A stretch of 64,000 nt of DNA from Nitrosopumilus sp. (GCA_965204345.1 OZ241981.1:1152001-1216000); one strand, 5' to 3'. Positions 1 through 10,856 are shown, counted from the stretch's first letter. Notes: generated by a model from the sequence alone, not told the origin. Made by a program: numbers and translations.

Positions 1-144
1 TAGTTCCTAGAATTCATTAAATTTATCGAAATTGAAAATTATTTAAGCATTCGAGACCCGAAAGCATGTCAAAAAGTAAATTGTTATATTTTAGTATATT
101 TTGATAGTAACATAAAAGATGAATATTATGATAAGGGTGATTAG

Positions 145-813
145 ATGAAGGTAAAATCAAATACAAAATTAGCAATTTTTGATACATTCAAAACAAAAGA
201 CAATCATCTAACCGGAGAAGCAAATAGGCAAAGAGCGATCATCGCCATACTTGGAAGTAATGCAAATCCGGCAGAAAGAACAAGGACCGGAATATCCCAA
301 AGAATAGCAAAAAAGGCAGATATTACATGGAAGAATATCTACTCAGGAATATTTCGCGATCTAGATGAGATCTTACTTCCTATTGGAATTGCAGAAGAGG
401 ATGGCAGATTACCTTTGAAAAGAGGTCCAAAAGCCTTACAGGAAAAAGGCATCCCATATTATCATTTAACTAAAAAAGGGATTTTGGTAGCTATATCAAT
501 CGATGAGTGTAAAAACAGAGAAGATCTTCTAAGCAGGTTTTTTGCCAAGGCAGAACCAAAAGAGAAAGAATTTGAGAAGGTTCTCTCCAGTCTTTTAAAG
601 ACCAGTCCTATTTTCACATATTCAATTTTTCAGAAATATGTAAAGGCTTTTTGTGAAAATAAAATCAAGGAATTACTTCCATTTGATCTCTCAAAATTAC
701 AGGATATTTCAGATGAATCATTGGTTATTCAGAAAGAAATTCTTTCTGCTTTTGCCAAGCTATCAAAGCAGGAAAAAGACGAAGCTATCATATTTTTGGA
801 TAAAATTACTTAG
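145..813 (+). CDS. Conserved thaumarchaeal hypothetical protein, probable winged-helix DNA-binding regulator
   Basis: 222-aa ORF; HTH-like segment (RTGISQRIAKK...WKNIYSGIFRDL) followed by wing-like YYHLTKKG. Confidence 0.5.
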   Translation: MKVKSNTKLAIFDTFKTKDNHLTGEANRQRAIIAILGSNANPAERTRTGISQRIAKKADITWKNIYSGIFRDLDEILLPIGIAEEDGRLPLKRGPKALQEKGIPYYHLTKKGILVAISIDECKNREDLLSRFFAKAEPKEKEFEKVLSSLLKTSPIFTYSIFQKYVKAFCENKIKELLPFDLSKLQDISDESLVIQKEILSAFAKLSKQEKDEAIIFLDKIT

Positions 814-875
814 AATTTGCTCCTAGGAACAGATCGCCAAACATTAAAATCAGTTGTCTAAAGAGATTGATCGAA

Positions 876-1913
876 ATGGGCGGCTCAAAGAATGTCTATG
901 CTTCTGTAAAAGCATACAGCAAACGGGGCAAATTACTTACACGTGCTGATTTCCAAACCCTTGCAGAATCTAGAGATTTGGAGGAATTGATGACTAGAAT
1001 CAAAAACACAGTATATGGAGAAGCTGTAGCAGATGTCCAAAAACCATACACATCACAAAATATTGAATCAGCACTTAGAAGTAAATTGGCAGATATTCAT
1101 TATTCCATTGCAAAGACATCCGGAAATTCAGGTGTTTTGGATGCGTATTATATGAAATTTATCGTTTCAAATTTAAAATTAATTTTAAAAGGCAAAATAT
1201 TAGGAAAATCTCAAGAGGAGATTGAATCTCATGTTAATCTTCACGCTGAAGAATTAATCAAACAAAGGGACATAATTGTTAAAGCACTAGTTGCAAAGGA
1301 CTTTGAGGAAGCAGTTGCAAGTTTGAATTCAGTTCAGTTTGCAGATGAGATTGCAAAGGCTGCCGCACTATACAATGAAAAGAAGAACCTTCAAATTTTT
1401 GATACATATTTTGATAAAATATTATTCCAACATCTAGATGGCGCAATGAAAAACTATGCGGATAAAGAGGCGACAAAAGTAGTTTCAATGGATATTGACT
1501 TTTACAACATTCTAAGTGTAGTTAGAGGCAAGTTCTGGGGATTACAAGAAGAACAAATTCAAGATTTGATAATTGGTACTAGCCCACCGGCTAAAGAGCT
1601 GCTTGGAAGAATGATGGCAGCAGCTACGGTAAGAGATGCATTTAATGAATTGTCAAGTACAAAATACAAGGATTTAGTCCCACAAGTAGAAGATGAACTA
1701 GATGCAATTGCTAAATTTGAAAGGGCTTTTGAATTATCAATATACAGTTCATCATTAAGATCGTTTACAAAGATGTTTAGTTTTGCAACAATTGTTGGAA
1801 TTACAAAATTAACTTCATTTGAGATTAGAAATCTAGCAGCAATTGCTTTTGCAGTAGAACAAAAAATTGCGACTGAAACTACAATGTCAAAGTTAATTCT
1901 AGAAGAAGAATAG
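876..1913 (+). CDS. atpC: A/V-type ATP synthase subunit C (V0D/AC39 family)
   Basis: N-terminal YASVKAYSKRGKLL, DFYNILSVVRGK and C-terminal FEIRNLAAIA motifs; ATG at 876 preferred over TTG at 867. Confidence 0.85.
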   Translation: MGGSKNVYASVKAYSKRGKLLTRADFQTLAESRDLEELMTRIKNTVYGEAVADVQKPYTSQNIESALRSKLADIHYSIAKTSGNSGVLDAYYMKFIVSNLKLILKGKILGKSQEEIESHVNLHAEELIKQRDIIVKALVAKDFEEAVASLNSVQFADEIAKAAALYNEKKNLQIFDTYFDKILFQHLDGAMKNYADKEATKVVSMDIDFYNILSVVRGKFWGLQEEQIQDLIIGTSPPAKELLGRMMAAATVRDAFNELSSTKYKDLVPQVEDELDAIAKFERAFELSIYSSSLRSFTKMFSFATIVGITKLTSFEIRNLAAIAFAVEQKIATETTMSKLILEEE

Positions 1914-1924
1914 GATTTTAGGAT

Positions 1925-2158
1925 ATGTTCAATTTTCCAAAGAAAAATGAGGTTTCTATAGAAATATTAGTCAAACTTGTATGGGTTAGTTCATTTTTAG
2001 CCATGATTTTTGCACTTCCCCCACTAGCGGTATTTTTAGGAATTTATTTCATGACAGGAGAACTCATTATCGGGGCAGTTATTGGTTTTGGCCTTCATTT
2101 TGTAATACTAGCCTTTTCTGGTAAGATTTCAAGAGCCGTAACCAAAATTGTGAGCTAA
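1925..2158 (+). CDS. Small two-TM membrane protein
   Basis: 77 aa, two hydrophobic helices, 11 nt downstream of atpC. Confidence 0.6.
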   Translation: MFNFPKKNEVSIEILVKLVWVSSFLAMIFALPPLAVFLGIYFMTGELIIGAVIGFGLHFVILAFSGKISRAVTKIVS

Positions 2159-2190
2159 GTATAAGAACTCAAAAAAGTAGAAGAAGTATC

Positions 2191-2841
2191 ATGATGGGTG
2201 ATAGGGATTTCCGAAATATTGTTGAAAATGCATTAGACTCTATTGGAAAAGAGTTGGAGATGGACATTGATTCGGCAGATATTCAGACCATACATCTGCA
2301 TGAGGTAGTTCAATGCCTCAGACGCTCATATTATGATAGAATTGATCCTCGAGAAATTCAAAGAAGAGGATTCAATGAACTCCTGTCAGGGTTACTTAGA
2401 AAGTTACAATACGGAAGTGACCCAAAAGAATTTGCCATTGATGATATCCGACTAAGGGGTCAGATAGATATGCTTGTTGATGATTATATCTTCTTATTTA
2501 GAGGGACAGCAGATGAACTAGAAAACCCTCAAGCAAATGACGTTCTTTATCTTAATGCTTGCATGTGGATTTATGATAAACCAGATGGAATTATTGTATA
2601 CATTACTGGAGATAGAAAGGAAACAACATTTTCAATTTCACGAAATAAAAAAATGTTTGAAGAAGTAGTCAGACGGGTAAGAGTTCTAAGCGATCTTCTA
2701 AAAGAACAAAAAACTCCTATTTTAGAGCCATCGGCTGAATGCTCTGAATGTCAATATTATGAAAGATGTTTTATGAAAAAGAAGAATGCCAAACAGCTAG
2801 ACCTATCAGAAATGTTAGGGTTTGGCAAAAAGAACGACTAG
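2191..2841 (+). CDS. Solo Cas4-like (RecB/PD-(D/E)XK) Fe-S protein, catalytic motif degenerate
   Basis: N-terminal QCLRRSYY plus C-terminal CSECQYYERC (four-Cys cluster pattern); RGQIDML motif II; no E-x-K in motif III. Confidence 0.7.
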   Translation: MMGDRDFRNIVENALDSIGKELEMDIDSADIQTIHLHEVVQCLRRSYYDRIDPREIQRRGFNELLSGLLRKLQYGSDPKEFAIDDIRLRGQIDMLVDDYIFLFRGTADELENPQANDVLYLNACMWIYDKPDGIIVYITGDRKETTFSISRNKKMFEEVVRRVRVLSDLLKEQKTPILEPSAECSECQYYERCFMKKKNAKQLDLSEMLGFGKKND

Positions 2842-2882
2842 TAAAAAATTAGAAAAATGTTGTGAAGGAAAAATTCCTTTGT

Positions 2883-2993
2883 TTAATCTAGTGGTTCTGG
2901 ATGTCCTTTACCACGAAGAGCGAAACACACTACTGCAAGTGCAATTGCGACTCCTGCTGCTGCGCCAAATGCGGCCATACTTGCTTCTGCCAT
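2883..2993 (-). CDS. 36-aa single-TM microprotein (MAEASMAAFGAAAGVAIALAVVCFALRGKGHPEPLD)
   Basis: Hand-translated; TTATAAAA box ~25-30 nt upstream on the minus strand, T-rich tract downstream; absent from ORF track. Confidence 0.65.
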   Translation of the reverse strand: MAEASMAAFGAAAGVAIALAVVCFALRGKGHPEPLD

Positions 2994-3091
2994 TTGATAA
3001 AAAACAATAAAACGGGCTTTTATAACTTTGCCAATATTTCTTGTCTAAAAACATATTATCACAATTTCAAGATTTTGTGATACTGTCTAAT

Positions 3092-3646
3092 TTATTTTGT
3101 AAATTCAAAATGAAGTTGATTTTCTTGACCACTAGTCATTGAGCTTAGATTGTAAAAGACATCACCAGATACCCTCCATGATGCGGTGTCATCCTCAAAT
3201 GCCTTCCACAAATCTGCTGTGTTTCCAGAATTTTTTATTGTCTTAGAATCTCTGAGAATAATTGAATTTTCGCCCAGTAATGTATAGTAGTTTGATCCAA
3301 ATTCTACCATTCCTTCTGGCCTACTGCCTATTTCACCACCCGTAATTTGCTCAGTTTCAGAGTAATTTGTTTCAAACAACTGATAATCCATTGTTTGAAC
3401 AATCATTGCACGTGGGTTTGGATTAGATAATTTAAATGCCAAATCAATAGTCACTGAACGCTCTGATATTTTGGCAATTGAAATGTCTTCTAATTCAATT
3501 TGAACAGACTGTGTTTGGGGAATGCCCTGAATTTGAGGTGTATTATCTTGTGTAGGAATAACAACTGTGGGTCCTGTTAAAAGAATGCCTCCTAAAATGA
3601 CTACCAATACTGCAACTGCTGCTGCAACGAAAATTTTGGGATTCAT
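3092..3646 (-). CDS. Membrane-anchored LEA_2/WHy-like beta-sandwich protein
   Basis: N-terminal TM helix; FKLSNPN motif followed by MDYQL. Confidence 0.55.
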   Translation of the reverse strand: MNPKIFVAAAVAVLVVILGGILLTGPTVVIPTQDNTPQIQGIPQTQSVQIELEDISIAKISERSVTIDLAFKLSNPNPRAMIVQTMDYQLFETNYSETEQITGGEIGSRPEGMVEFGSNYYTLLGENSIILRDSKTIKNSGNTADLWKAFEDDTASWRVSGDVFYNLSSMTSGQENQLHFEFTK

Positions 3647-3697
3647 GATTTTGTATTTCCTCTTGATATCTTAAATGTTGAGATAGTTATTATACCA

Positions 3698-4072
3698 TTG
3701 CAAGAAGAAAAAATTATGCAGTATTTTCAAGCAGTACAACAAGGAAAACAAAGAGCAAGCAAATCACAAATGAAGATGTTTGATGTGGCAGGATTTGGTA
3801 TGTTAACTTTGACTACTAAGAAAATTGATGGAAAATTTTATCCTGTTGGGGAGGAAGAATTTACCGCTGTTATAGATTCAGCAGATGGACATGTTGCAGT
3901 TATAGTAGATAAAGATGGGTTTACAAAGGCTCAATCAAAGGCTGTGGAAAAGGAAGAAGCCATCTCAATTTACAAAAAGCTCAGAGAAACAGGGATTTTA
4001 GAATACCCTGAAAAAGAGATTCAGATTTGGTCTGAAACTAGACGGACAATTCAAAACAATACCTCTGAATAA
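3698..4072 (+). CDS. Conserved hypothetical protein
   Basis: 124-aa ORF filling the gap, typical composition. Confidence 0.55.
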   Translation: MQEEKIMQYFQAVQQGKQRASKSQMKMFDVAGFGMLTLTTKKIDGKFYPVGEEEFTAVIDSADGHVAVIVDKDGFTKAQSKAVEKEEAISIYKKLRETGILEYPEKEIQIWSETRRTIQNNTSE

Positions 4073-4756
4073 TTATTTTGAATTAAGAATAATTTTGGTA
4101 CCAACATTTCCGCCTTTGACTGCTTTTTCAATGATTTTCGGGTTTGCTTTTAAAATTCGCGTTTTGATTTTTGATCGTTCGATAATTTTTAAAGCAACAA
4201 TATCCATCAAATCATAGCCTCCTGCAACAGAGTCTTCATGGATTAGCATGTTTTTCAAATTCTTCATATCAATTTCTTTGAATTTTTTGGCTTTTTTGAA
4301 TTTGTTTGGATCCATATCATAAACACCATCAACGTCAGTTGCATTCAAAAATTGTTCAGCTTGAATTTTTTCTGCAATTAGTGCAGCAGTACCATTAGTA
4401 CTTTGACCAGGATGAAGTCCTCCTGCTATCACAATTAATCCAGTATCAACTGCATGTCTAACCTCTTGTAGTGTAGTTGGAGGATGGGAATATGCCTTAT
4501 TCTTCAAAGCATAAATGAGAAGTTTGGCATTTAATCTTGAGATCTCAATTCCTAACTCATCAAGAGTGGATTCATCAGCACCAGAAGATCTTGCATGAGA
4601 AATATAATGTCGTGCAATAGTACCGCCACCTGCAATCACAATAGGTTGACAAACTTTACTTATTTTCACTAGGAATGCAGCATAATCTTTTAGAATTATG
4701 ACGTTATCCATTCCAAAAACACGTCCAGACAGTTTGATTACAATTCGTTTTTTCAT
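4073..4756 (-). CDS. pyrH: Uridylate kinase (archaeal type)
   Basis: [35 protein letters not shown] motifs. Confidence 0.92.
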   Translation of the reverse strand: MKKRIVIKLSGRVFGMDNVIILKDYAAFLVKISKVCQPIVIAGGGTIARHYISHARSSGADESTLDELGIEISRLNAKLLIYALKNKAYSHPPTTLQEVRHAVDTGLIVIAGGLHPGQSTNGTAALIAEKIQAEQFLNATDVDGVYDMDPNKFKKAKKFKEIDMKNLKNMLIHEDSVAGGYDLMDIVALKIIERSKIKTRILKANPKIIEKAVKGGNVGTKIILNSK

Positions 4757-5988
4757 TTTATACTACCAATGATTGATTTTGCGGCAATTTCAACTTTTTT
4801 TCTGTTCTTTTGATGAGTATATACTCTTAATATGTTCATAAACCCAGAAATAGCCGAAACCACGGGTATTTCAGAAATAGGCATCTCTTTTGCAGATAAT
4901 TTTCCATTTTCATTAGAGGTTAAGATTATCGATTTTGATTCATTTTTTGATGGTGCAAGAGGGATAGAGGGAGTAACAGAACTGTCTATAAAAATCTCAT
5001 TTTCGTCAATTTTAGACTTTTTTGAAAGATCAGATCTAAGTTCGTTTGTTTTAATATTTTTTAAATTCGTTTGATTTGTGATTATTCTTTCAAACACGCA
5101 TTTTAGTAATCTTCTATTTTGATAATCCTCTACAAACTGTCTTGCACGTTTTAATTTGGGGGACTTTGATGAGATTAAAGTTGATAGGACATATTCATCT
5201 GTAAGATTAACAAACTCGTTTGTGTCAAATGTAGTAAATCCAAATTCATCATCAGACAGTCTTAATGCTTCAATGAGCATTACTTCAGATGCACGTACAG
5301 TCTTATGAAAATAGACTGCTTTGAACATTTGATATCTAGAATGCATCATGGATTCAAAAGAATATAGTGCAGATCTTTCTAAAGCTAATTTTTTCTTATG
5401 TATGTTAAATGATTGTGTAATTCTCTTATGATCTACTTTTGCATGTTCTGCTCCGGTGAAATAGCCGTCTCTAAGTAAATAATCCATCATATCTGCACTC
5501 AGAGCTCCTGAAACAATCTCATTTAGATATTGGAATTTTGATTCTCCAAATGCAATTTTTGCCACTAGCTTCTTATCAAATCCGGTTTTAGATAGTGTAT
5601 CACCAATTTCAGAATTTAAGATTATTTTTTTGCCATAATCTTCATGTGAAATTTTTTTCTCTTGTATTATTTCTTCAAACAGATGAGAGAATGGTCCATG
5701 GCCAATATCATGCAATAATCCTGCCAAGCGTAAAATTTGAACGTCATCAGAATTTAAAAATTCTTTTTCATTTAATGCAAAACCAGCTTGACTAGCAATA
5801 TGCAATACTCCTAGAGAATGTTCAAATCTGCTATGTTGGGCCGCAGGATAAGTCAAATGAGCACCGGAAAGTTGTTTTATTCTTCTCAGTCTTTGAAAAA
5901 GGGGATTATCTATTATTGGAAGTTCGTAATCATATACACGAATAAAATCATGAATTGGATCAATGATATCTAGATAATTTTTTTTCAT
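4753..5988 (-). CDS. HD-domain phosphohydrolase (SAMHD1/YdhJ-like dNTPase)
   Basis: [50 protein letters not shown]. Confidence 0.85.
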   Translation of the reverse strand: MKKNYLDIIDPIHDFIRVYDYELPIIDNPLFQRLRRIKQLSGAHLTYPAAQHSRFEHSLGVLHIASQAGFALNEKEFLNSDDVQILRLAGLLHDIGHGPFSHLFEEIIQEKKISHEDYGKKIILNSEIGDTLSKTGFDKKLVAKIAFGESKFQYLNEIVSGALSADMMDYLLRDGYFTGAEHAKVDHKRITQSFNIHKKKLALERSALYSFESMMHSRYQMFKAVYFHKTVRASEVMLIEALRLSDDEFGFTTFDTNEFVNLTDEYVLSTLISSKSPKLKRARQFVEDYQNRRLLKCVFERIITNQTNLKNIKTNELRSDLSKKSKIDENEIFIDSSVTPSIPLAPSKNESKSIILTSNENGKLSAKEMPISEIPVVSAISGFMNILRVYTHQKNRKKVEIAAKSIIGSIK

Positions 5989-6566
5989 AGGCCAAGTTTT
6001 TTTGTAAATATCTTTAAAATTTTTTTGTGAACCTCATCTTTAGATTTTGATGCATCTACTATCTTCCAGTGTTTTTTCTTTGCAGTAATACGATAAATTT
6101 TAGATATTTTTCTTAGAAATTCTTCATTCTTCTCAAATTTATCCCTGTTTGTTTTTTGTCTACGAAATGATTCTTTTTGTGTGATATCAAGTAAAATTAC
6201 AAGATCAGCCTTTGGAAGACCCTCATCAAGACTTTCAAGCCATTTTTGTTTCAAACCATTAGCTAATCCGTAGATCAAATTCGAATGATAGTACCTATTC
6301 ATGATTAAAATAGAATTTTTTTCTTCAGCCTTTTTAATTTCGGATAATTTTTCCCAACGATTAGCTGCCAAAAGACAATGAATTACTTGGGGAGGAAATT
6401 TTCTTTTTCCATCCAAGTATTTTCGAATTTCTTTGCCAATGGGGGTTTTGTAGTCAGGAAAATGAAATAGTTTGGTTTTGATTTTTTGTTTTTTTAAGGC
6501 CTGTTCTAATAATGTTGATTGGGTTAGTTTACCCGCTTGATCTCCACCTTCAATTACAATGATCAT
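5985..6566 (-). CDS. tmk: Thymidylate kinase
   Basis: IVIEGGDQAGKLT P-loop, LAANR, MNRY; first gene of tmk-HD-pyrH with 4-nt overlaps. Confidence 0.9.
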   Translation of the reverse strand: MIIVIEGGDQAGKLTQSTLLEQALKKQKIKTKLFHFPDYKTPIGKEIRKYLDGKRKFPPQVIHCLLAANRWEKLSEIKKAEEKNSILIMNRYYHSNLIYGLANGLKQKWLESLDEGLPKADLVILLDITQKESFRRQKTNRDKFEKNEEFLRKISKIYRITAKKKHWKIVDASKSKDEVHKKILKIFTKKLGL

Positions 6567-6797
6567 AAGTTATCAAAACAGAGAAGTTAATTGATTAAAA
6601 ATCTATCATTTTTTCTAAATTGATTTGAATTAATTTGTTTTTTCTTAATCACATTGTTCACATATGCCATTTTGTTGTCCAAAGAATATGTCTCCAGCTT
6701 TATCTATAACATGAACTCACATAATTCCTCTATATTTCTCCAGTTTCATCTTCATGATGATAATTTTAAAAAAATGTTAGGATATCTGTTGTATTTA

Positions 6798-6986
6798 TTA
6801 ATTTTTTAAATGATTTTTTGTGAATATCACAAAACTAATGGAAAATGCGACTAGCATTAAAATTCCAGGAATGTATGCATAATTGAACCCAATTCCAATA
6901 TGTGTTTCTTCATGATAATAATTTATCAAAAAAGTTACAACCAACAAGATAGCTCCTGCAAATGTTAATTTTCTGTGTATTTCCAA
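6798..6986 (-). CDS. Small two-TM membrane protein
   Basis: 62 aa, two hydrophobic helices. Confidence 0.55.
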   Translation of the reverse strand: MEIHRKLTFAGAILLVVTFLINYYHEETHIGIGFNYAYIPGILMLVAFSISFVIFTKNHLKN

Positions 6987-7177
6987 TAAACATAAAATTC
7001 CAAGTTACTATATGAATTTAGAAAGATTTGCAGGATTCTATAATGCGATGTTGTGATAAAACCCACTTACTAGCACAGTCAGAAACAAAAATACGTCATT
7101 TGTCATACCCAATGTTATTCATTTAAGATATGATATAACAATGATGTAAATTTCTCAAGAATGAAAACTAGCCTAGA

Positions 7178-7510
7178 TTATGGATCAGATTTCATTTTAG
7201 ACAGTTTTGTAATCACTTGTTCTAGTTCCACTTTATTTTCTTCAATTACTTGCTTTATTACTTTGATTTCTTCATTAATTTGATCCAGATGTACATCATC
7301 AGAATTTCGGATTTTATTTTCTAAATCTTCTAAAATGTGTTGATTATTTTGATTGAGTTTTTGTAATTCATTTTTGTATTTTTCAAGCTTTTGATATTGA
7401 TCAGAAATTTCAGGAACGTCAATATATTCTTGGGATGTTAGAAAACCTAAAGATATTATTGCGCCTCCTGTAATCAAGACAACAATAAGAATAACAGCAG
7501 TCAGTTTCAA
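7178..7510 (-). CDS. Membrane-anchored coiled-coil protein
   Basis: N-terminal TM helix followed by heptad-rich E/K/Q/L tail. Confidence 0.55.
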   Translation of the reverse strand: MKLTAVILIVVLITGGAIISLGFLTSQEYIDVPEISDQYQKLEKYKNELQKLNQNNQHILEDLENKIRNSDDVHLDQINEEIKVIKQVIEENKVELEQVITKLSKMKSDP

Positions 7511-7557
7511 TTTAACATCTTTGTATTATTGTTTTAGATTTTAAATTATATATTCAG

Positions 7558-8856
7558 TTAAGTTTGAGTCAGAGCCTTTTTACGCCTACGAATAACGTAA
7601 AGTGCAACAGCAATTGCTAATATGACAGGGATAATTATCATTGTTGGATCACCATCTTCTTCTTCATTTGGTGGTTCAGTGACAAAGATGGTACTATCAT
7701 GAGATAAAAAGATCTCATCTCTTGTGCTGTCTTTGTATCTAACAGTTATTGTAATATCATGTTCACCATATTTTGGTTCACCATCAAACTCAATTGGAAC
7801 ATTAAATGGCACAGGTGCATCTACTTCAATTTCATCAATAAATTGATTTGTTGGCTTTATGTTAGAATCACCTTTAGGTTCGATAGAAACAAAACCAAAT
7901 AACCCATCTTCATTTCCTTCATTAAGTATTTCACCAATTACCATTTGTGTGCCGGATAATTCAATTACATCTACATTGAATATGATTAGATCAATTAGTC
8001 CTTTAATGTAAAAATCAACAATTTTTGAAACTTCATGCAAGTCTCCATGTGCATTATAATACGAAATAGCCAAAGGAATTCTTAATGTATCGCCTTTAAG
8101 GGATTCAGGAACATATACTGTTGCAGTAAGATATTGTGCTGATTTTGGATTAATATTTCCAACATCCCAGCTGGATTCTGAAATTACAACATTTTCAACA
8201 TTGGTAATTGATGATGTTGTTGAGGCAAGTTCAGTTTGGGTGTTTGTTGCAGTAATATCCACACCAGAAATTGGAGCAGTTCCATCATTGGCAATCTCAA
8301 TTGTTACATTGTTAGAGGTTAGAGAAGTAAGAAATGGTTCTAATGCTTTGACATTGATTACACTATCTCCTGTAACTTTGAAATCAAAATCAGCAAAAGT
8401 TGTCCTCACTCCAGACTCTCGTAATCTGGAATAATCTACTTTTACAGTTCCAGGATATTGTTGAATTTGAACATTGTTGCCAATATTGACAAAAAATGTC
8501 AAGTGGAAATTCTCTCCTGCTAACGAGTTAGAATCACTATCTGCATAAATGATTGATCCCGGACCATCAGAAGCTGAAAAACCAAGAGGCAAAGATAGCT
8601 GTCCTCTAATTCCGGTAATATCTTGAGTTCCTACATTTGCCAATACAACTGTGAATGGAACGTTATTATCGCCGGATTCAACTTCAATTTTATCATCAAG
8701 TATGCCAAAATATGCATCTAAAAATTTAACATCCCCATAGTCTCTTTCAAATGGAGATTGGCCAGATCCTCCAGATGTTATTTGTGCATAAGAATTTTGA
8801 AAAATAATTGGTGTTAAACCAACTACAAACAAAAGTAGAATAATTTTAAATTTCAT
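7558..8856 (-). CDS. COG1361-like S-layer/Ig-fold surface protein
   Basis: Signal peptide, repeated N-x-G-T Ig-like modules, C-terminal TM + RRRKK; co-oriented with ABC genes. Confidence 0.7.
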   Translation of the reverse strand: MKFKIILLLFVVGLTPIIFQNSYAQITSGGSGQSPFERDYGDVKFLDAYFGILDDKIEVESGDNNVPFTVVLANVGTQDITGIRGQLSLPLGFSASDGPGSIIYADSDSNSLAGENFHLTFFVNIGNNVQIQQYPGTVKVDYSRLRESGVRTTFADFDFKVTGDSVINVKALEPFLTSLTSNNVTIEIANDGTAPISGVDITATNTQTELASTTSSITNVENVVISESSWDVGNINPKSAQYLTATVYVPESLKGDTLRIPLAISYYNAHGDLHEVSKIVDFYIKGLIDLIIFNVDVIELSGTQMVIGEILNEGNEDGLFGFVSIEPKGDSNIKPTNQFIDEIEVDAPVPFNVPIEFDGEPKYGEHDITITVRYKDSTRDEIFLSHDSTIFVTEPPNEEEDGDPTMIIIPVILAIAVALYVIRRRKKALTQT

Positions 8857-9551
8857 TATACAACAATCTCCATTTCAGATGACTGATCACTTTCAAATGC
8901 CTTACCATCCTTTATTGTAATTATTCTATCAACATCGCCAAAATGTTGTCTATCATGCGTAACAATGATGAATGTTTGATTGAGTTTTTTTGCCATTGAT
9001 TTCATTAATTGGACTATGTTTTCAGAAGTTATAGAGTCAAGGTTGCCAGTTGGCTCGTCTGCCAATACAATCGAAGGTTTGTTGATTAATCCTCTGGCGA
9101 TAGCAACTCTTTGTGCTTGACCGCCAGATATTTTATTTGCACGTTTATGGATTTGTGATTCAAGACCTACAACTTTTAATAAATCCATGACATCTTTTTT
9201 TGTAGTCACATTCTTACCTGAGATTTGTGCAGGTAACAACACATTCTCTAAAACTGAAAGATCACTTAGTAAATTAGAAAATTGGAAAATAAATCCTAGT
9301 TTGTTATTTCTAAATGATGAAATTTTGTCATCGTTTAGAGACGTAGTATTTACACCATCAATTGAAATTTCTCCATTAGTTGGCCTGTCTAACAATCCGA
9401 TCATATTTAGCAACGTGGATTTACCAGAGCCGGAACTTCCCACGATTAAAACAAATTCTCCCTGTTTAATTGAAAATGAAACATTATCAAGAGCTTTTAC
9501 TTGACTAGAACCTTCTCCATAGACTTTGTTGAGATTATTAATCTCAAGCAC
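8856..9551 (-). CDS. ABC transporter ATP-binding protein (LolD/MacB-type)
   Basis: GSSGSGKST Walker A, ISGGQ signature, VLADEPTGNLD, VTHD. Confidence 0.92.
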   Translation of the reverse strand: MLEINNLNKVYGEGSSQVKALDNVSFSIKQGEFVLIVGSSGSGKSTLLNMIGLLDRPTNGEISIDGVNTTSLNDDKISSFRNNKLGFIFQFSNLLSDLSVLENVLLPAQISGKNVTTKKDVMDLLKVVGLESQIHKRANKISGGQAQRVAIARGLINKPSIVLADEPTGNLDSITSENIVQLMKSMAKKLNQTFIIVTHDRQHFGDVDRIITIKDGKAFESDQSSEMEIVV

Positions 9552-9552
9552 G

Positions 9553-10740
9553 TTAGACAGTTCGCATAGCCTCCACAGGTAATAGCTTTGTAGCTCTATA
9601 CGACGGGTATAGGGATGCGATAATTGCTAGCGTAAAAGAAGTGAGTGCTGTTTGGAAAATTTTTTCCCAGTTATATGTTACTTCTAATTCAAGACTACCG
9701 TTAAATGACATTTTTGTTTCTTTAGCGTAAAAAGTATAACCTAACCCGGCTGCTGTTCCTACACCAGCTCCTATAGCTCCAATTATCATTCCTTGAAAGA
9801 TAAAAATTAATAGGATATCTTTTCGTTTAGCTCCTATGGATCTCATTACGCCTATTTCTCTAGTTTTTCCATTTACCAACATCATTTGAATTGTGACAAC
9901 TGCAAATGCAGAAGACATCATTCCAAAATAACCAACCATGTTAATCATAGCAATACCAGATCTGAAACCTTGTAGTTGGGCTTCAGATGCTTCTTCGGTA
10001 GTTTCAGCAATAAAATCATCGTTAGGAAATGAACGTAAAAAGAATTCTTTAACTTCTGTTGCAGCAGAATCATCATGTAGTTTTACCATAAATGAACCTG
10101 TATCTCCATGCCTGCTCATCATATCACGTAAAGTATCAATATGAATAACACCAGAATAATCAAATCCTTGTCCTCCAGGTGAGCTTGCTATTCCAGTAAC
10201 CATAAATCTTCTAATTTGATCTTGCCCCCATCTATCAACCACAAGAACTTTTACACTATCGCCAACTTGAGCTCCTCCTAAATCTCTTGCTACATTAGAT
10301 CCCAATACAATAGAATTTCTTGAAAAGACATAGCTTCCATCAGAAATAGTTGTGTATACTGTAGAAGCCCTAATGTCATTAAATGGATCAACTCCTACCA
10401 AGGGAATTCTGGTTTCTTGAACTAGGTTTCCATTTTTTGTCATATTCATTTCAGCTGTTGCAGAAAGCCGCGGGGTTGCGGCTTTAACATCTGGTATGCG
10501 TTCAAACCATCGAATAAGGGATTGATCAGACTTGTCTATAAAATCAAATTCATCAGTTACAATGACATCACCTGTACTGTAATCACTGATATCTCTGACA
10601 ATGGCATCATACAGACCTTGAAAAATTACAAAGTTTACATGAATAACTAAAATTCCAACAGTTACAGCTAAAATAGCACCGATTAGACTGCCTTTTTTAT
10701 TGAAAAGCATTCGTTTTGCTAGTTTTATCTTGTAATCCAT
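9553..10740 (-). CDS. ABC transporter permease (MacB/LolC/FtsX-type)
   Basis: TM1, large extracellular domain, then KTREIGVMRSIGA and three C-terminal TMs ending PVEAMR. Confidence 0.88.
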   Translation of the reverse strand: MDYKIKLAKRMLFNKKGSLIGAILAVTVGILVIHVNFVIFQGLYDAIVRDISDYSTGDVIVTDEFDFIDKSDQSLIRWFERIPDVKAATPRLSATAEMNMTKNGNLVQETRIPLVGVDPFNDIRASTVYTTISDGSYVFSRNSIVLGSNVARDLGGAQVGDSVKVLVVDRWGQDQIRRFMVTGIASSPGGQGFDYSGVIHIDTLRDMMSRHGDTGSFMVKLHDDSAATEVKEFFLRSFPNDDFIAETTEEASEAQLQGFRSGIAMINMVGYFGMMSSAFAVVTIQMMLVNGKTREIGVMRSIGAKRKDILLIFIFQGMIIGAIGAGVGTAAGLGYTFYAKETKMSFNGSLELEVTYNWEKIFQTALTSFTLAIIASLYPSYRATKLLPVEAMRTV

Positions 10741-10856
10741 AAGACAACTAAAATAGTCTAATATTTAATGTATATGATACATAGTGCTAACAATATAGAC
10801 AATTTTATATGATATTAGTTGTTTCTATAATTTATGAAGTCAATTGAGGTTACATA

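Noticed and set aside
2822-3010. 62-aa plus-strand ORF
   Set aside because: Antisense shadow of the better-supported 36-aa minus-strand microprotein, which has a promoter and terminator.
6645-6755. Minus-strand frame MKMKLEKYRGIM*VHVIDKAGDIFFGQQNGICEQCD with in-frame TGA at 6717-6719 (possible selenocysteine or readthrough)
   Set aside because: No SECIS-like structure or Sec machinery seen; more likely a decayed small Cys-containing gene. Too weak to call.
7017-7110. Short coding-like stretch on the minus strand (...SDCASKWVLSQHRIIESCKSF)
   Set aside because: No in-frame start and very short; cannot be distinguished from chance.
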